A stretch of 35,433 bases of DNA, from the NCBI GenBank assembly GCA_005878325.1, contig VBMR01000135.1, positions 1 to 35,433 on the forward strand, given 5' to 3'. The first letter of the stretch is position 1. Each line of letters begins with the position of its first letter. Positions 9,994-19,868 of the stretch are shown in pieces. Under the pieces are notes generated by a model, which saw only the letters and a program-made list of their open reading frames with translations, was not told the DNA's origin and did not search any database. The position numbers and the translations under genes were made by a program. The DNA comes from Methanobacteriota archaeon (GTDB lineage: Archaea; Thermoplasmatota; Thermoplasmata; RBG-16-68-12).

Positions 9994-10332
9994 TCATGGG
10001 AGGGCGGGTTGCACGCGGCGGAAGAACGCGTCGACCATCGACCGATCGAGGCCGTAGCCGAGCACTCCATCGAGACGATCGACGACTTGCCCGTCGCGGA
10101 AGAGCGCGAGGGTCGGCACGACCTCGACCGCGTAATCCTCCCAGAGGGGATTGCTCTCGTCGTCGAGGTACACCGCGGCGAAGCGCCACGGTCGGGAGGA
10201 GGAGACCCGCTCGAAGTCGGCTTTGAATCGGCGACAAAACGGACACCAAGTGGCCCAGAACATGACCACGGTCGGTTCCGTCGACTGGAGGACCGACGTC
10301 TGGAAGGCCTCCGCGTCTCGGACCTCGATCAT
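9994..10332 (-). CDS. Thioredoxin family protein
   Basis: VMFWATWCPFC active site, VVPTLALFRDG cis-Pro motif; TATA-like CTTTAT ~30 nt upstream of ATG 10332. Confidence 0.9.
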   Translation of the reverse strand: MIEVRDAEAFQTSVLQSTEPTVVMFWATWCPFCRRFKADFERVSSSRPWRFAAVYLDDESNPLWEDYAVEVVPTLALFRDGQVVDRLDGVLGYGLDRSMVDAFFRRVQPALP

Positions 10333-10384
10333 CGCGGATCGAGTAAAGCCCATCCGCGGGCCATAAAGATTCACCCGAGGACTC

Positions 10385-10785
10385 GGCCCCTTAGCGGCGA
10401 GTAGTTTCGCACACCTCCCCCGGGAACGACGAAGCCCTTGGCCGATATACCTCTACTTAGAGGTATGAAATGGAAATCGGATGCGGCGCCCGCGTGCGGG
10501 ACTTCGACGGTCGACGGTACTTCTACTTCTGGCACTACGAACGGGACAACGGACGGTCGAAGAGGAAGGAGGACTACGTCGGCCGCGTGGACTCGGAGAA
10601 GGCGAGGTCGGATCTCCTCCGTCGCATGGCGGCCTACCATCGGAGGGCGGAGCAGGAGTTCGCCCGACGGAGGGCGCGGATCGAGGGCCTCGTCCGGCGC
10701 ATACCTCTACTTAGAGGTACATCGGCTGAAGGGCATCCCTCGGTGGCTGCGAGGTGAGGACTTCTCGGCCCCGCTGGGCGGGACC
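10385..10785. repeat. Long imperfect inverted repeat (10385-10467 vs 10700-10785), each arm containing the palindrome ATACCTCTA-CT-TAGAGGTA
   Basis: Identical 19-mers at 10447-10465 and 10701-10719; flanks GCCCTTGGCCGAT / ATCGGCTGAAGGGC and CACCTC / GAGGTG are reverse complements at equal spacing. Confidence 0.85.
10470..10757 (+). CDS. Small basic protein, putative beta-sheet DNA-binding domain followed by a long helix
   Basis: RVRDFDGRRYFYFWHYERDNGRSKRKEDYVG pattern resembles SSV-type integrase N-terminal / arm-binding-like domains (visual resemblance only); GC-rich third positions. Confidence 0.65.
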   Translation: MEIGCGARVRDFDGRRYFYFWHYERDNGRSKRKEDYVGRVDSEKARSDLLRRMAAYHRRAEQEFARRRARIEGLVRRIPLLRGTSAEGHPSVAAR

Positions 10786-10884
10786 AACCGCGGATTGCTT
10801 CGCGGGGCCTGCTGTCTCCAGACGGAAAGGCATATACCCGGTCCTCCGGATGGGGCTGCCGCCCTCGTTCTCGGAAGGGATGGA

Positions 10885-13800
10885 ATGGGTTCGCCCGTCG
10901 CCTCCGAGGAGGTCCGGTCCTACTTCGCGGATCTCCTGTCGCAAGTCGATTCGACGTACGCCGTCGCCCGCGCGGCCCGAGCCCGGGGATTCGATCCGGA
11001 GCTCGACGTCGAAATCCCCCTCACCGACGACCTTGCGTCTCGGGTCGAACGCCTCCTCGAGAACTACGAGGTCGAAGGCGTGGCCCGACGGATCCGGGAG
11101 CTCGCGAAAGACCACGATCGGGAGGAACTCGCGATCCTCGTCGCGAAAGAGATGGCCCAGCGACCCGCGGCGAGCAAGGAGAAGGCGGTCGAACGCGCGG
11201 TCCGTGTCGGTCTCGCAATCCTGACGGAAGGCATCCTGGTCGCACCGCTCGAAGGCCTCGCCGGGGTCAAGATCAAACGAAATCGCGACGGCACCTCGTA
11301 CGTCGATCTGTCCTACGCAGGGCCCATCCGGTCGGCGGGGGGGACCGGCCAGGCGCTCAGCGTCCTGATCGCAGACCTGGTGCGCCGCGAACTCGACATC
11401 GGGAGGTATCAGCCCACCCGGGAAGAGGTCGAGCGGTTCAAGGAGGAAATCCCGCTCTATCGACAAGTGCAGCACCTCCAATACTCGCCGACCGAGGGAG
11501 AGATCTCCCTGATCGTGTCGAACTGCCCCGTCGCCATCAACGGCGAAGGGACGGAAGATGCGGAGATCAGCGGCTTCCGGGACCTCCCGCGGGTCGAGAC
11601 GAACCGCATCCGCGGCGGCGCATGCCTCGTGATCGCGGACGGGATGTGTTTGAAGGCGCCGAAGATCCAGAAACATGTCCGCACCCTCCGGATCGACGGA
11701 TGGGAATTCGTGGATGCGTACCTCGCGGAGAAGAAGGCCGGGCCGGAGGACTCGAAAGAGGATTCGAGCGTGGAGCCGAACGAGGTGTTCATCCAGAACA
11801 TCGTCGCGGGCCGGCCGGTCCTGTGCCACCCGAGCCGCCCCGGCGGTCTCCGCCTCCGGTACGGGCGAACGCGGGCCACGGGCCTTGCCGCGCTGGCCCT
11901 CCATCCGGCGACGATGCACATCTTGGACGACTTCATCGCTGTCGGTACCCAGGTGAAGACGGAGCGTCCGGGAAAGGCGGGGGCCATCACGCCGTGCGAG
12001 TCGATCGACGGCCCCCTCGTCGTGCTCGACACCGGGGATTTCGTGGAGGTCCCCGACGCCGAGACGGCGAAGCGCCTGCGACCTCAAGTCCGGGTGATCG
12101 CAGACCTCGGAGAGATCCTCATCCCCTTCGGCGAATTTCTGGAAAACAACCATGTCCTCATGCCAGGCGCCTTCTCGCTCGAATGGTACAGTGCCCTCCT
12201 TCAAGCGAAACGGGGATCCCTTCCCGAGGCCTGGCAGGAGCCTTCGGCGGCCCAGGCGCTTGAATGGTCCCGGACCTTCCGCGTCCCCCTTCATCCGCGA
12301 TACAACCTGTTCTACCACGATTTTTCGTCCGAGGAACTTCGCGTCCTCCGCGAGCGGATCGTCGCGGAGGGCCGGATCGACAACGGTCGGTTGGTCCTCC
12401 CCGCGACCCCGGAATTTCGGGAATGGCTCGTCCGGCTCGGGGCGCCGTTTTCCATCCGCGGGTCCGATCTCGCCCTCGAGCGTCACACGGAGACGCTCCT
12501 CGCGACCCTGGGCATCGCGCCCCACGAGAGAGCCTTGCAGATCGGGCCCGAGCCACCTCCGGAAACCCCGGATCCCCTCGCGTTCGTGAGCGCCCTCGCC
12601 GGCTTCCCGATCAAGGCCCGCGGGCCCACCCGGATCGGAGCACGCATGGCTCGTCCGGAAAAGGCGGCGCCACGGAAGATGCAGCCCGCACCCCACTCCC
12701 TGTTCCCGATCGGACACGAAGGCGGCGCTCAACGTCTCTTGTTGGACGCGGCCGCCAAGGACACGATCGAAGTCGAGGTGGGTCTGCGGACCTGCACGAC
12801 CTGTGGGAAGCGGTGGTTGCTCCCCAAGTGCTCGTGCGGCGGCCACACCCTCCCGCGGAACGGACCGAGGCGGCAACGGGTCCCGCTGGGCGAGATCTTG
12901 CGGTCGGCGCTCGAGCGCCTTGGCGAGCCGAAGCCCTCCGAGATCAAGGCGGTCCAAGGGATGATCTCGCGGACGAAGACCCCGGAGCCGATTGAGAAGG
13001 GCATCCTCCGGGCGAAGCACGATATCTATGTGTTCAAGGACGGGACGACGCGGTTCGACATGACGAACCTGCCCCTCACGCACTTCACCCCGAAGGAGGC
13101 GGGCATCTCCGTTGGCGTGGCGCGGCGGCTGGGATATGCGAAAGACATCGGCGGGCGTCCCCTGGAGGACGAGGACCAGATCCTCGAGCTCCGTCCCCAG
13201 GACATCCTCGTCGCCCGGTCGTGCGGGGAGTACCTTCTCCGGGTCGCCTCCTTCGTGGATGACCTCCTGGAGCGCCTGTACGGGTTGGCCCGTTTCTATC
13301 GGGCCACCTCCATCGAGGACTTGCTGGGTCACCTGGTCGTCACGCTGGCACCGCACACGAGCGGCGGGGTCCTCGCCCGGATCGTCGGCTTCACCGATTC
13401 GAAGGCCTGTTTCGCCCACCCCCACCTGATCGCCGCGCGCCGTCGGAACTGCGACGGAGACGAGGACTCCGTGATCCTGCTCCTGGACAGCCTCGTGAAT
13501 TTCTCCCGGGCGTTCCTCCCGGACAAACGGGGCGGCCTCATGGATGCGCCCCTGGTGCTGTCGACGCAGATCGACCCGAACGAAATCGACAAGGAGGCGC
13601 ACAACCTCGATGTCTCGGCGACGTATCCCCTCTCCCTGTACGAAGCGGCCGAACGGTTCGCCCACCCGCGGGAAATCGAGCCCCAGATCGACACGGTGGG
13701 CAAGCGGATCGGGAGCGTCCTCCAGTACGAGGGGTTCGCCTATACCCACCCGACGAAGAGCGTGGCGCAGGGGCCCCTCGCCTCCGCGTACGGCGAAGGG

Positions 13801-14199
13801 TCCATGATGGAGAAGATCGACAAGCAGCTCGACCTCGCGCTCCGGATCCGGGCCGTGGACCCGAACGATGTCGTGGCGCGCATCGTCGTCCACCATTTCC
13901 TCCCCGACCTGATCGGGAACCTGAAGGCGTTCTCGAGCCAGCAGGTCCGCTGCACGAAGTGCGGCACGAAGTACCGACGGATCCCGCTCCGCGGGCGATG
14001 CCCGAGCTGCGGGGGCAATCTCACGTTGACCGTCCACGAGAGCTCCGTCAAGAAGTACCTCGAGGTTTCCAAGCGGATCAGCCAACAGTTCGAGGTCTCG
14101 AACTATCTGCGTCAGCGGATCGACCTGATCGAGGACGCGATCGCGTCCCTGTTCACGAACGACAAGACGCAGGATCTCAAGCTCGACGACTTCTTCTAG
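10885..14199 (+). CDS. polC: DNA polymerase D large subunit (DP2)
   Basis: AGPIRSAGGT, LRLRYGRTRATG, catalytic RRNCDGDED, RGGLMDAPLVL, C-terminal Zn finger; start reassigned to ATG 10885 (MGSPVASEEV); no intein. Confidence 0.97.
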   Translation: MGSPVASEEVRSYFADLLSQVDSTYAVARAARARGFDPELDVEIPLTDDLASRVERLLENYEVEGVARRIRELAKDHDREELAILVAKEMAQRPAASKEKAVERAVRVGLAILTEGILVAPLEGLAGVKIKRNRDGTSYVDLSYAGPIRSAGGTGQALSVLIADLVRRELDIGRYQPTREEVERFKEEIPLYRQVQHLQYSPTEGEISLIVSNCPVAINGEGTEDAEISGFRDLPRVETNRIRGGACLVIADGMCLKAPKIQKHVRTLRIDGWEFVDAYLAEKKAGPEDSKEDSSVEPNEVFIQNIVAGRPVLCHPSRPGGLRLRYGRTRATGLAALALHPATMHILDDFIAVGTQVKTERPGKAGAITPCESIDGPLVVLDTGDFVEVPDAETAKRLRPQVRVIADLGEILIPFGEFLENNHVLMPGAFSLEWYSALLQAKRGSLPEAWQEPSAAQALEWSRTFRVPLHPRYNLFYHDFSSEELRVLRERIVAEGRIDNGRLVLPATPEFREWLVRLGAPFSIRGSDLALERHTETLLATLGIAPHERALQIGPEPPPETPDPLAFVSALAGFPIKARGPTRIGARMARPEKAAPRKMQPAPHSLFPIGHEGGAQRLLLDAAAKDTIEVEVGLRTCTTCGKRWLLPKCSCGGHTLPRNGPRRQRVPLGEILRSALERLGEPKPSEIKAVQGMISRTKTPEPIEKGILRAKHDIYVFKDGTTRFDMTNLPLTHFTPKEAGISVGVARRLGYAKDIGGRPLEDEDQILELRPQDILVARSCGEYLLRVASFVDDLLERLYGLARFYRATSIEDLLGHLVVTLAPHTSGGVLARIVGFTDSKACFAHPHLIAARRRNCDGDEDSVILLLDSLVNFSRAFLPDKRGGLMDAPLVLSTQIDPNEIDKEAHNLDVSATYPLSLYEAAERFAHPREIEPQIDTVGKRIGSVLQYEGFAYTHPTKSVAQGPLASAYGEGSMMEKIDKQLDLALRIRAVDPNDVVARIVVHHFLPDLIGNLKAFSSQQVRCTKCGTKYRRIPLRGRCPSCGGNLTLTVHESSVKKYLEVSKRISQQFEVSNYLRQRIDLIEDAIASLFTNDKTQDLKLDDFF

Positions 14200-14372
14200 G
14201 TGGCCACGAGCTTCGATTGCTCGCTCCGGATCTTCAGGGCCGCCGCAGCCGCGAGCAGGCCGCCGAGGCCAAACGCGCCGACGACGAGGAGGGGAAAGTT
14301 CGCGATCGTCAGGTTCGCGAACCCCGTCGGGACGAGTCCCCGGTTCAGTCCCAATTGCTCCGGGCCGTACAG
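14196..14372 (-). CDS. Possible small single-TM membrane protein (CTG start)
   Basis: Manual translation (M)YGPEQLGLNRGLVPTGFANLTIANFPLLVVGAFGLGGLLAAAAALKIRSEQSKLVAT*; GGAG 5 nt before CTG; stop overlaps the polC stop (CTAG). Confidence 0.4.
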   Translation of the reverse strand: MYGPEQLGLNRGLVPTGFANLTIANFPLLVVGAFGLGGLLAAAAALKIRSEQSKLVAT

Positions 14373-14425
14373 GAAAACTCCCAGCAGGATAACCCTTTAG
14401 ATACGGCGGGCGGTTTCGCGGGCGA

Positions 14426-16120
14426 ATGACGAGGTCTGCGGCCCTCGGCCTGGCGGCGATCGTCATCGGGTCGATCGCGGTCCGCCTCTCCCCCCTGTGG
14501 TCGTTCTTGTACTGGGGTTCCGACACGGGCGAGTACTTCGCCATCGCGAAGGCCCTCCTTCGGACCCAGCATGTCTCGACGACCTACTACGGCTGGGGCG
14601 TCACGTATCCGTACTTCCCGGGCATGTTCTTCTTGCAGGGGGGCCTCGTGGGTCTCGGCGGCCTCGACCTCCCGACCGTCCTGAACCTCCTGGTGCCGGT
14701 CCTCGGCGCCCTCGCGGTGCTGCCCGTGTTCCTGATCGGGCACAGGGTCTCTGGCGAGGCCTCGGTGGCGCTGTTCGCCGCGGCCGTACTGGCCGGAGCC
14801 ATCCCCCATGTCTACACGACGGCGCATCCTGCGCCCGCGACCCTCGGGGACCTCCTCGCCCTGACCGGTCTGGTGCTCTTCCTCCGCCTTCGCGCGGACA
14901 GTCGGTCGATGGGGCCGCTCCTCCTCGTGACCGCCGCCCTGATCGCGACGCATCATCTCTCCGTCTACTTCTTCCTCCTCGTGGTCTTCGGGACCCTCCT
15001 CATCCGAGGGTTCGTGGCCCCGTGGCGACGGACCGACGGCTCGAGGCGGGAAGTCGCGTTCGCGGGTATCCTCCTCGGAGGCACGGTCGCCTATTGGCTC
15101 GGCTACGCGACCGCGTTCCGGGACTACATCCTGCCGGACGTCTCGATCCGACCCTGGTGGGCCATCCTAGTCCTGTCCGCGATCGGGCTCGTGGTCCTCA
15201 CGGCGCTGGTCCGGGCGCGGACGCACATCCGTTGGAGGTACCGGCCCCGGTATCCCGGACTCCGGTATCGCGGGACCGCCTACGGCGCCGCCGCGGGAAC
15301 GATCCTGGTCATCGGGCTCGTCTCGGTGGTCTCCGGCGTCCCCGGGACGACGTTCCGCGTTCCCGCCGCCGAGTTGCTGTACTTCGTCCCTTTCGTTCTG
15401 CTCATCTCTTTGGCGGCGGTGGGTCGGAAATTCCTCGATTTTCTCACGCTAGGGATCGGGCCAACCGCGTGGATCGTCGCCCTCATCGGCTCCGCGACCG
15501 TGGGGATCGTCGCCGCGCCGCGGGTCCTCATCCCGTATCGACACATGGAGTACCTGGTCGTGCCGTTCGCCATCCTCGCCGGCGTCGGGTGTGTCCGCGT
15601 CATCCGCTTGGCGGGGCTCCGAGGGCGATCGAGCACCGCAGCGGTCGCGGTCGTCGGATTCCTCCTCCTCGCGAACGTCCTGGCAGGCATACCTCCGGCG
15701 ACCGCCTTGGCGGGGTGGCGAGAGGGAACCCTTCCGACCGCCTTGGACGCCGCGTACTGGGCGAGGGACCATGTGCAAGGCCTCGTCGTCACGGACCATC
15801 ACGCCTCGACGACGGTCTTCGGATTCGGAGGGCTGAACGCCACGTGGGACCGGGCACGGACCCCATTCCTCTCGGACGCTGGGGGGGATCCGTATGCGGG
15901 TCTCTCCGGGATTGACTCGCCATCGGGTCGGAAGGATGGGACGTACGTATGGATCGACCGCGATATGGAGGCCGGCGTGCGGCTTGCGCCCTGGGACACG
16001 GCCGTCCCGATGGACCCCGCCGTCATCGCAAAATTCGACGACGCGCCCTTCATCAAGGTCTTCGACAACGGGTACGCGCGACTCTACTGGATCGCCTGGG
16101 GCTGCGGGACCTCCTGCTAG
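14426..16120 (+). CDS. Polytopic membrane protein, GT-C glycosyltransferase-like
   Basis: N-terminal TM then WGSDTGEY loop, YPYFPG, ATHHLS, PYRHMEY; many TM helices and a soluble C-terminal domain; heads a glycosylation cluster. Confidence 0.6.
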   Translation: MTRSAALGLAAIVIGSIAVRLSPLWSFLYWGSDTGEYFAIAKALLRTQHVSTTYYGWGVTYPYFPGMFFLQGGLVGLGGLDLPTVLNLLVPVLGALAVLPVFLIGHRVSGEASVALFAAAVLAGAIPHVYTTAHPAPATLGDLLALTGLVLFLRLRADSRSMGPLLLVTAALIATHHLSVYFFLLVVFGTLLIRGFVAPWRRTDGSRREVAFAGILLGGTVAYWLGYATAFRDYILPDVSIRPWWAILVLSAIGLVVLTALVRARTHIRWRYRPRYPGLRYRGTAYGAAAGTILVIGLVSVVSGVPGTTFRVPAAELLYFVPFVLLISLAAVGRKFLDFLTLGIGPTAWIVALIGSATVGIVAAPRVLIPYRHMEYLVVPFAILAGVGCVRVIRLAGLRGRSSTAAVAVVGFLLLANVLAGIPPATALAGWREGTLPTALDAAYWARDHVQGLVVTDHHASTTVFGFGGLNATWDRARTPFLSDAGGDPYAGLSGIDSPSGRKDGTYVWIDRDMEAGVRLAPWDTAVPMDPAVIAKFDDAPFIKVFDNGYARLYWIAWGCGTSC

Positions 16121-16187
16121 CCTTGTCAACTGTTGCCGGATCTCCGTTCCGAGCACCTTTATGCCGTCCGCGGGAATCCGAGCGGTC

Positions 16188-17315
16188 GTGCGGATCCTGC
16201 ATGTGACGAAGAAATTCCCGCCGGTCGTGGGGGGCGACGCGACGGTGGTGTCCGCCCTCGCGCGAGCCCAGTCGCGGAAAGGTCGCGATGTCCACGTGCT
16301 CGCGTACCGGGCGGACGGTCTCGAAGCGACGGATCGCGTCCACCCCGTGGGTCCGGTCCAGACCTCGGAGGGACTGGACCGCGTGGGCCTGCGCCGGCTC
16401 CGGGGTATGTGGGCCATGCGGGCCTGGGCAGAGGAGCACCTCGCCTCACTGGAGCCCGACATCGTCCATGCCCACGCCGTGGACGTCGGGGGGTCCGTCG
16501 CTAGCATCGCCCGCGGCCAGGGAATCCCGGTCGTCCTCACCTGCCACGGCGTATGGTTTCCGCATCGCCCACGATGGTCTCCCCTAGGATGGATGGAGCG
16601 ATCTCTCCTCCGGCGCGGATACGACGCCATCACGACCGTCGATCGGGCCTCCGCGAAGGAGCTCCGCGATCGGGGATGGTCGAACGTGATCGTCGTGCCC
16701 AACGGCGTGGACCTCTCTGAGTTCGCCGGAATCGATCCACCGTCCGACGGGACGATCCGCGTCCTCTTCGCGGGAAGGCACGTGTACCAGAAGGGAATTG
16801 ACGTCCTCCTCGAGGCCACCGCCCGGGTTCGGTCGCAGAGCGCCGATCCTTTCGTCCTGGAGCTCGCCGGCGACGGACCCGAGCGGACCCGCCTGGAACG
16901 GAAGGCGAAGGACCTCGGGCTCGGCGAAGTCGCTCGATTCCTCGGTCCTCTCCCTCGGCCAGATCTAATCCGGGCGTACCGCCGCGCGACCGCCTTCGTG
17001 CTCCCGTCCCGCTTCGAAGGGTTTCCCCTCGTCATCCTGGAGGCGTGGGCGGCCGGCCTGCCGGTCATCGCGACGGCCGTCGGGGGCGTCCTGGATCTGT
17101 GCGACGAGAGCAACGCATGGCTCGTCCCACCGGAGAATCCGGGGGCCTTGGCGGACGCCATGATGTCCCTCGCCCGCGACCCGGCGCGACGCCGGGAGCT
17201 CGGAGCCAAGGGACACGCCGCAATCCGAAGCCGCTACATGTGGGAGGTCATTGCCGACGCGTACGAGGAGGTCTACGCGAGCTGTCGTCGACCGACCCCG
17301 GGTGTGAGCCCATGA
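16188..17315 (+). CDS. Glycosyltransferase family 4
   Basis: RILHVTKKFPPVVGG, PDIVHAH, VPNGVD, QKGIDVLL, PSRFEGFPLVILEAWAAGLPVIAT. Confidence 0.92.
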   Translation: MRILHVTKKFPPVVGGDATVVSALARAQSRKGRDVHVLAYRADGLEATDRVHPVGPVQTSEGLDRVGLRRLRGMWAMRAWAEEHLASLEPDIVHAHAVDVGGSVASIARGQGIPVVLTCHGVWFPHRPRWSPLGWMERSLLRRGYDAITTVDRASAKELRDRGWSNVIVVPNGVDLSEFAGIDPPSDGTIRVLFAGRHVYQKGIDVLLEATARVRSQSADPFVLELAGDGPERTRLERKAKDLGLGEVARFLGPLPRPDLIRAYRRATAFVLPSRFEGFPLVILEAWAAGLPVIATAVGGVLDLCDESNAWLVPPENPGALADAMMSLARDPARRRELGAKGHAAIRSRYMWEVIADAYEEVYASCRRPTPGVSP

Positions 17316-17466
17316 CGGACTACCTTCACCTCGCACGAGCGTCGTGGTCAGCTACAACGGCGAACGGTTCCTCCGCCCGTGTCTCGAATCCCTCGCCCGA
17401 AACGGGATGTCTCCCGCCGGGAGGATACTCGTATGGACATGAAGCCACCACCTCGCGTGTGTTGGC

Positions 17467-18357
17467 TTAGGAGTGCAGTGCGGCCTTTCGGGCCGCCATC
17501 CAAATGGTGTTGTAGCGATTGATGTTGAGCACTGACTTCAGAATCCAATGAAATAGATAATAGCCGCGATGAAGGATGAGCTTTCGGCCGCTTTTCGCAT
17601 AGTACGGGTCGAGTGAGTCGGAAACGATGGTGAAACCAAATCGCTCCAACGCCTGCCGTAGCGTCTTTCGGGTGAACTGAGAGAGATGAATTTCAACCAC
17701 CGTGCTGTCCAAGGCAATTTTGGGGAGGCCGGAGGCGCCGAGTCGCCGGCCGCCCGACCCCAGGTTGTTCAACCCATGAAAAACCGTCCGAAATCTCCGT
17801 TCCATGGAGAGAAGATCATTGGGCACTGCAATGAAGACGACACCCTCCTCGTTCAAGAGGGACCAGCACTTCGCTAACAAGGCGCCCGGGTCGGGGACGT
17901 GTTCAAGGACATGAAACAGAGTAATGTTGTCGAATGTGCGGCCGAAGGAGATGGTCTCGATGTCTCCTCGAATCAGATCGAGGCCGTATTTTTCCTTCGC
18001 GATGGCGATTGCGCTCTCGGAAATCTCGGTTCCGAAAACCTCCGAGAACGTACCTTTCGCGTGAAACAAGAACTCGCCGATCCCCGACCCAATGTCCAGG
18101 AGCGAGCCGGGCTTCATGTGACGGCGTACCTTCTTCACACGTCGTTGCCACAGCCGGTCGCGGGCGTGCTCCTCCGATAGCCATACGTCGTATTTTTCCG
18201 GTTTCGAGTAGTAGGCGGTCAGCTCCCGGAGGGTCGGCCGGGGATTCACGAAGACGTACCCGCATTCCCGGCAACCCTGTAACTCGGCGACGGGATCGAC
18301 GACCTCCAGCATCGCCCCTTTGCAAAGATTACACGAACTCAGGGTTTCAGTCTCCAT
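17467..18357 (-). CDS. Class I SAM-dependent methyltransferase with N-terminal Zn-binding motif
   Basis: CNLC/CRECG, LLDIGSGIG, FDNITLFHVLEHVPDP. Confidence 0.88.
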   Translation of the reverse strand: METETLSSCNLCKGAMLEVVDPVAELQGCRECGYVFVNPRPTLRELTAYYSKPEKYDVWLSEEHARDRLWQRRVKKVRRHMKPGSLLDIGSGIGEFLFHAKGTFSEVFGTEISESAIAIAKEKYGLDLIRGDIETISFGRTFDNITLFHVLEHVPDPGALLAKCWSLLNEEGVVFIAVPNDLLSMERRFRTVFHGLNNLGSGGRRLGASGLPKIALDSTVVEIHLSQFTRKTLRQALERFGFTIVSDSLDPYYAKSGRKLILHRGYYLFHWILKSVLNINRYNTIWMAARKAALHS

Positions 18358-18489
18358 GACGGTCCCTGTGTGTCACTTAGCCCGATGATCGTTGCCCTTT
18401 ACCAGACTTTTGGGAGAGCCTCCGGGTTCTGTGGCGTTGCGGGGGACGCCGGGCGGAAACGGTAAAGACCGTCGCCCGATAGCCGACCC

Positions 18490-19719
18490 GTGCCCTCCGG
18501 GGACCGCGCCGCGCCTTCGATCGCCCTCCTCCTATCGGACGGGTTCATCAACCGGACCGGGATCGGGCGGTACCAGCAGGCGTTGATCGAGGAACTATCG
18601 GGCCGGATCAACCTTCATGCCCTCGTGGACGAACGGTGGGTAGGGCGGATGTCGGGAGGGTCCTTCCCGCCGCCGTTCCGGATGACCCCGATCCATCGGT
18701 ATCGCCGCGTCAGAACGGTCGCCCGTAACGCGCCTCGGATAGTCGGCAATGCGGTACGCAGCCGTGACTTCAGGACGCGGGACCCCCTCCGATTTCTCGA
18801 GACGCTGAGAACCCGCGTCCTTCCGGCAGCCTACGTGGACCGGGCCGGATTTAGCCTCCTCCACGGGACGGCCAACTACATCCCCCGGACATTCGGCCCT
18901 ACGGCCCGCGTCGTCACGATTCACGATACGATTCCCCTCTCGCACCCGGAGGGGCTCCCGAAACTGCTGATCGGCGGTTTCGTCCGGCCCTCCGAGCTAC
19001 GCCCTGAGGACCACGTAATCACAGATTCGCAGACATCTCTCCGCGAACTACGGCGACTGTTCGACCATCCGAGGGATCGGCTCCATGCCATCCCGCTCGC
19101 GCCCGATCACCGCGTGTTCCGACCCGGGCCAGCTCCGAGCAATAAGGGGCCGCCCTATGTCCTCTCGGTGGGCATCATCGCCCGGCACAAGAACCTCCTC
19201 CAAGGGCTTCGGGCATTCGAGCAGGTCGCTGCCCGCCGGCGGGATCTCCGGTGGAAAATCGTTGGCCTGAAAGGTTGGGGGTGGCCGGAATTTCGTCGCG
19301 CCCTCGACGCATCGACCGCAAAGGACCGGGTCGATGTCCTCGGGCTCACGACGGACGAAGGCCTTGCCGAGTACTATCGTGGCGCCCGCGCACTCTTATT
19401 CCCAAGCCTCGTCGAGGGCTTCGGGATCCCCGTCCTCGAGGCGTTGGCGTGCGGCACGCCCGTCGCCGCCTCCTCGATCGCCGTTCTCCACGAAATCGCG
19501 GAGGGCGCGTTCGTCCCTTTCGACCCCTCCGACGCGACGGGAATCGCGGAGGCCCTCGAACGCGCAGCCTTCGATGAGGCGGAGCGAGACAGGCTGCGCC
19601 GGAACGGGCTAGACAAGGCCGCGATGTTCACCTGGTCGAAGGTCGCAGAGGACCATCTTCGGGTGTACGCGGCGGCCCTCGAGACGGACGTTGGGTCACT
19701 CCTCGTCCGCGGCAAGTGA
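18490..19719 (+). CDS. Glycosyltransferase family 4 (group 1, mannosyltransferase-like)
   Basis: TGIGRY, VVTIHD, HKNL, FPSLVEGFGIPVLEALACGTPV, FTWSK. Confidence 0.92.
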   Translation: MPSGDRAAPSIALLLSDGFINRTGIGRYQQALIEELSGRINLHALVDERWVGRMSGGSFPPPFRMTPIHRYRRVRTVARNAPRIVGNAVRSRDFRTRDPLRFLETLRTRVLPAAYVDRAGFSLLHGTANYIPRTFGPTARVVTIHDTIPLSHPEGLPKLLIGGFVRPSELRPEDHVITDSQTSLRELRRLFDHPRDRLHAIPLAPDHRVFRPGPAPSNKGPPYVLSVGIIARHKNLLQGLRAFEQVAARRRDLRWKIVGLKGWGWPEFRRALDASTAKDRVDVLGLTTDEGLAEYYRGARALLFPSLVEGFGIPVLEALACGTPVAASSIAVLHEIAEGAFVPFDPSDATGIAEALERAAFDEAERDRLRRNGLDKAAMFTWSKVAEDHLRVYAAALETDVGSLLVRGK

Positions 19720-19868
19720 GCCCCGCGCCGTCGGTAGGGAGGGGAATCCTATTTGTCCCCCGGCGGTTCTCTGGCACCCAGGCGGATGCGCGCCATTCTC
19801 ACAACCGCGGCGACCTCGAAGGTCCCCGAGCCGGTCGCGCTCGGTCAATCGGTTTCGGAAGGTGAGGG

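Noticed and set aside
10447..10719. Twin palindromes as CRISPR repeats or dif sites
   Set aside because: Only two copies 254 bp apart, no cas genes; arms do not resemble the 11-6-11 TTATA-type Xer/dif consensus
10438..10884. 149-aa N-terminal extension of PolD in the ORF track
   Set aside because: Low-complexity open frame overlapping the small ORF; DP2 homology begins at MGSPVASEEV
13430..13470. Intein at the DP2 RRN/CDGDED site
   Set aside because: Motif is contiguous
10711..14544. 1277-aa minus-strand ORF
   Set aside because: Antisense shadow of polC caused by high GC3
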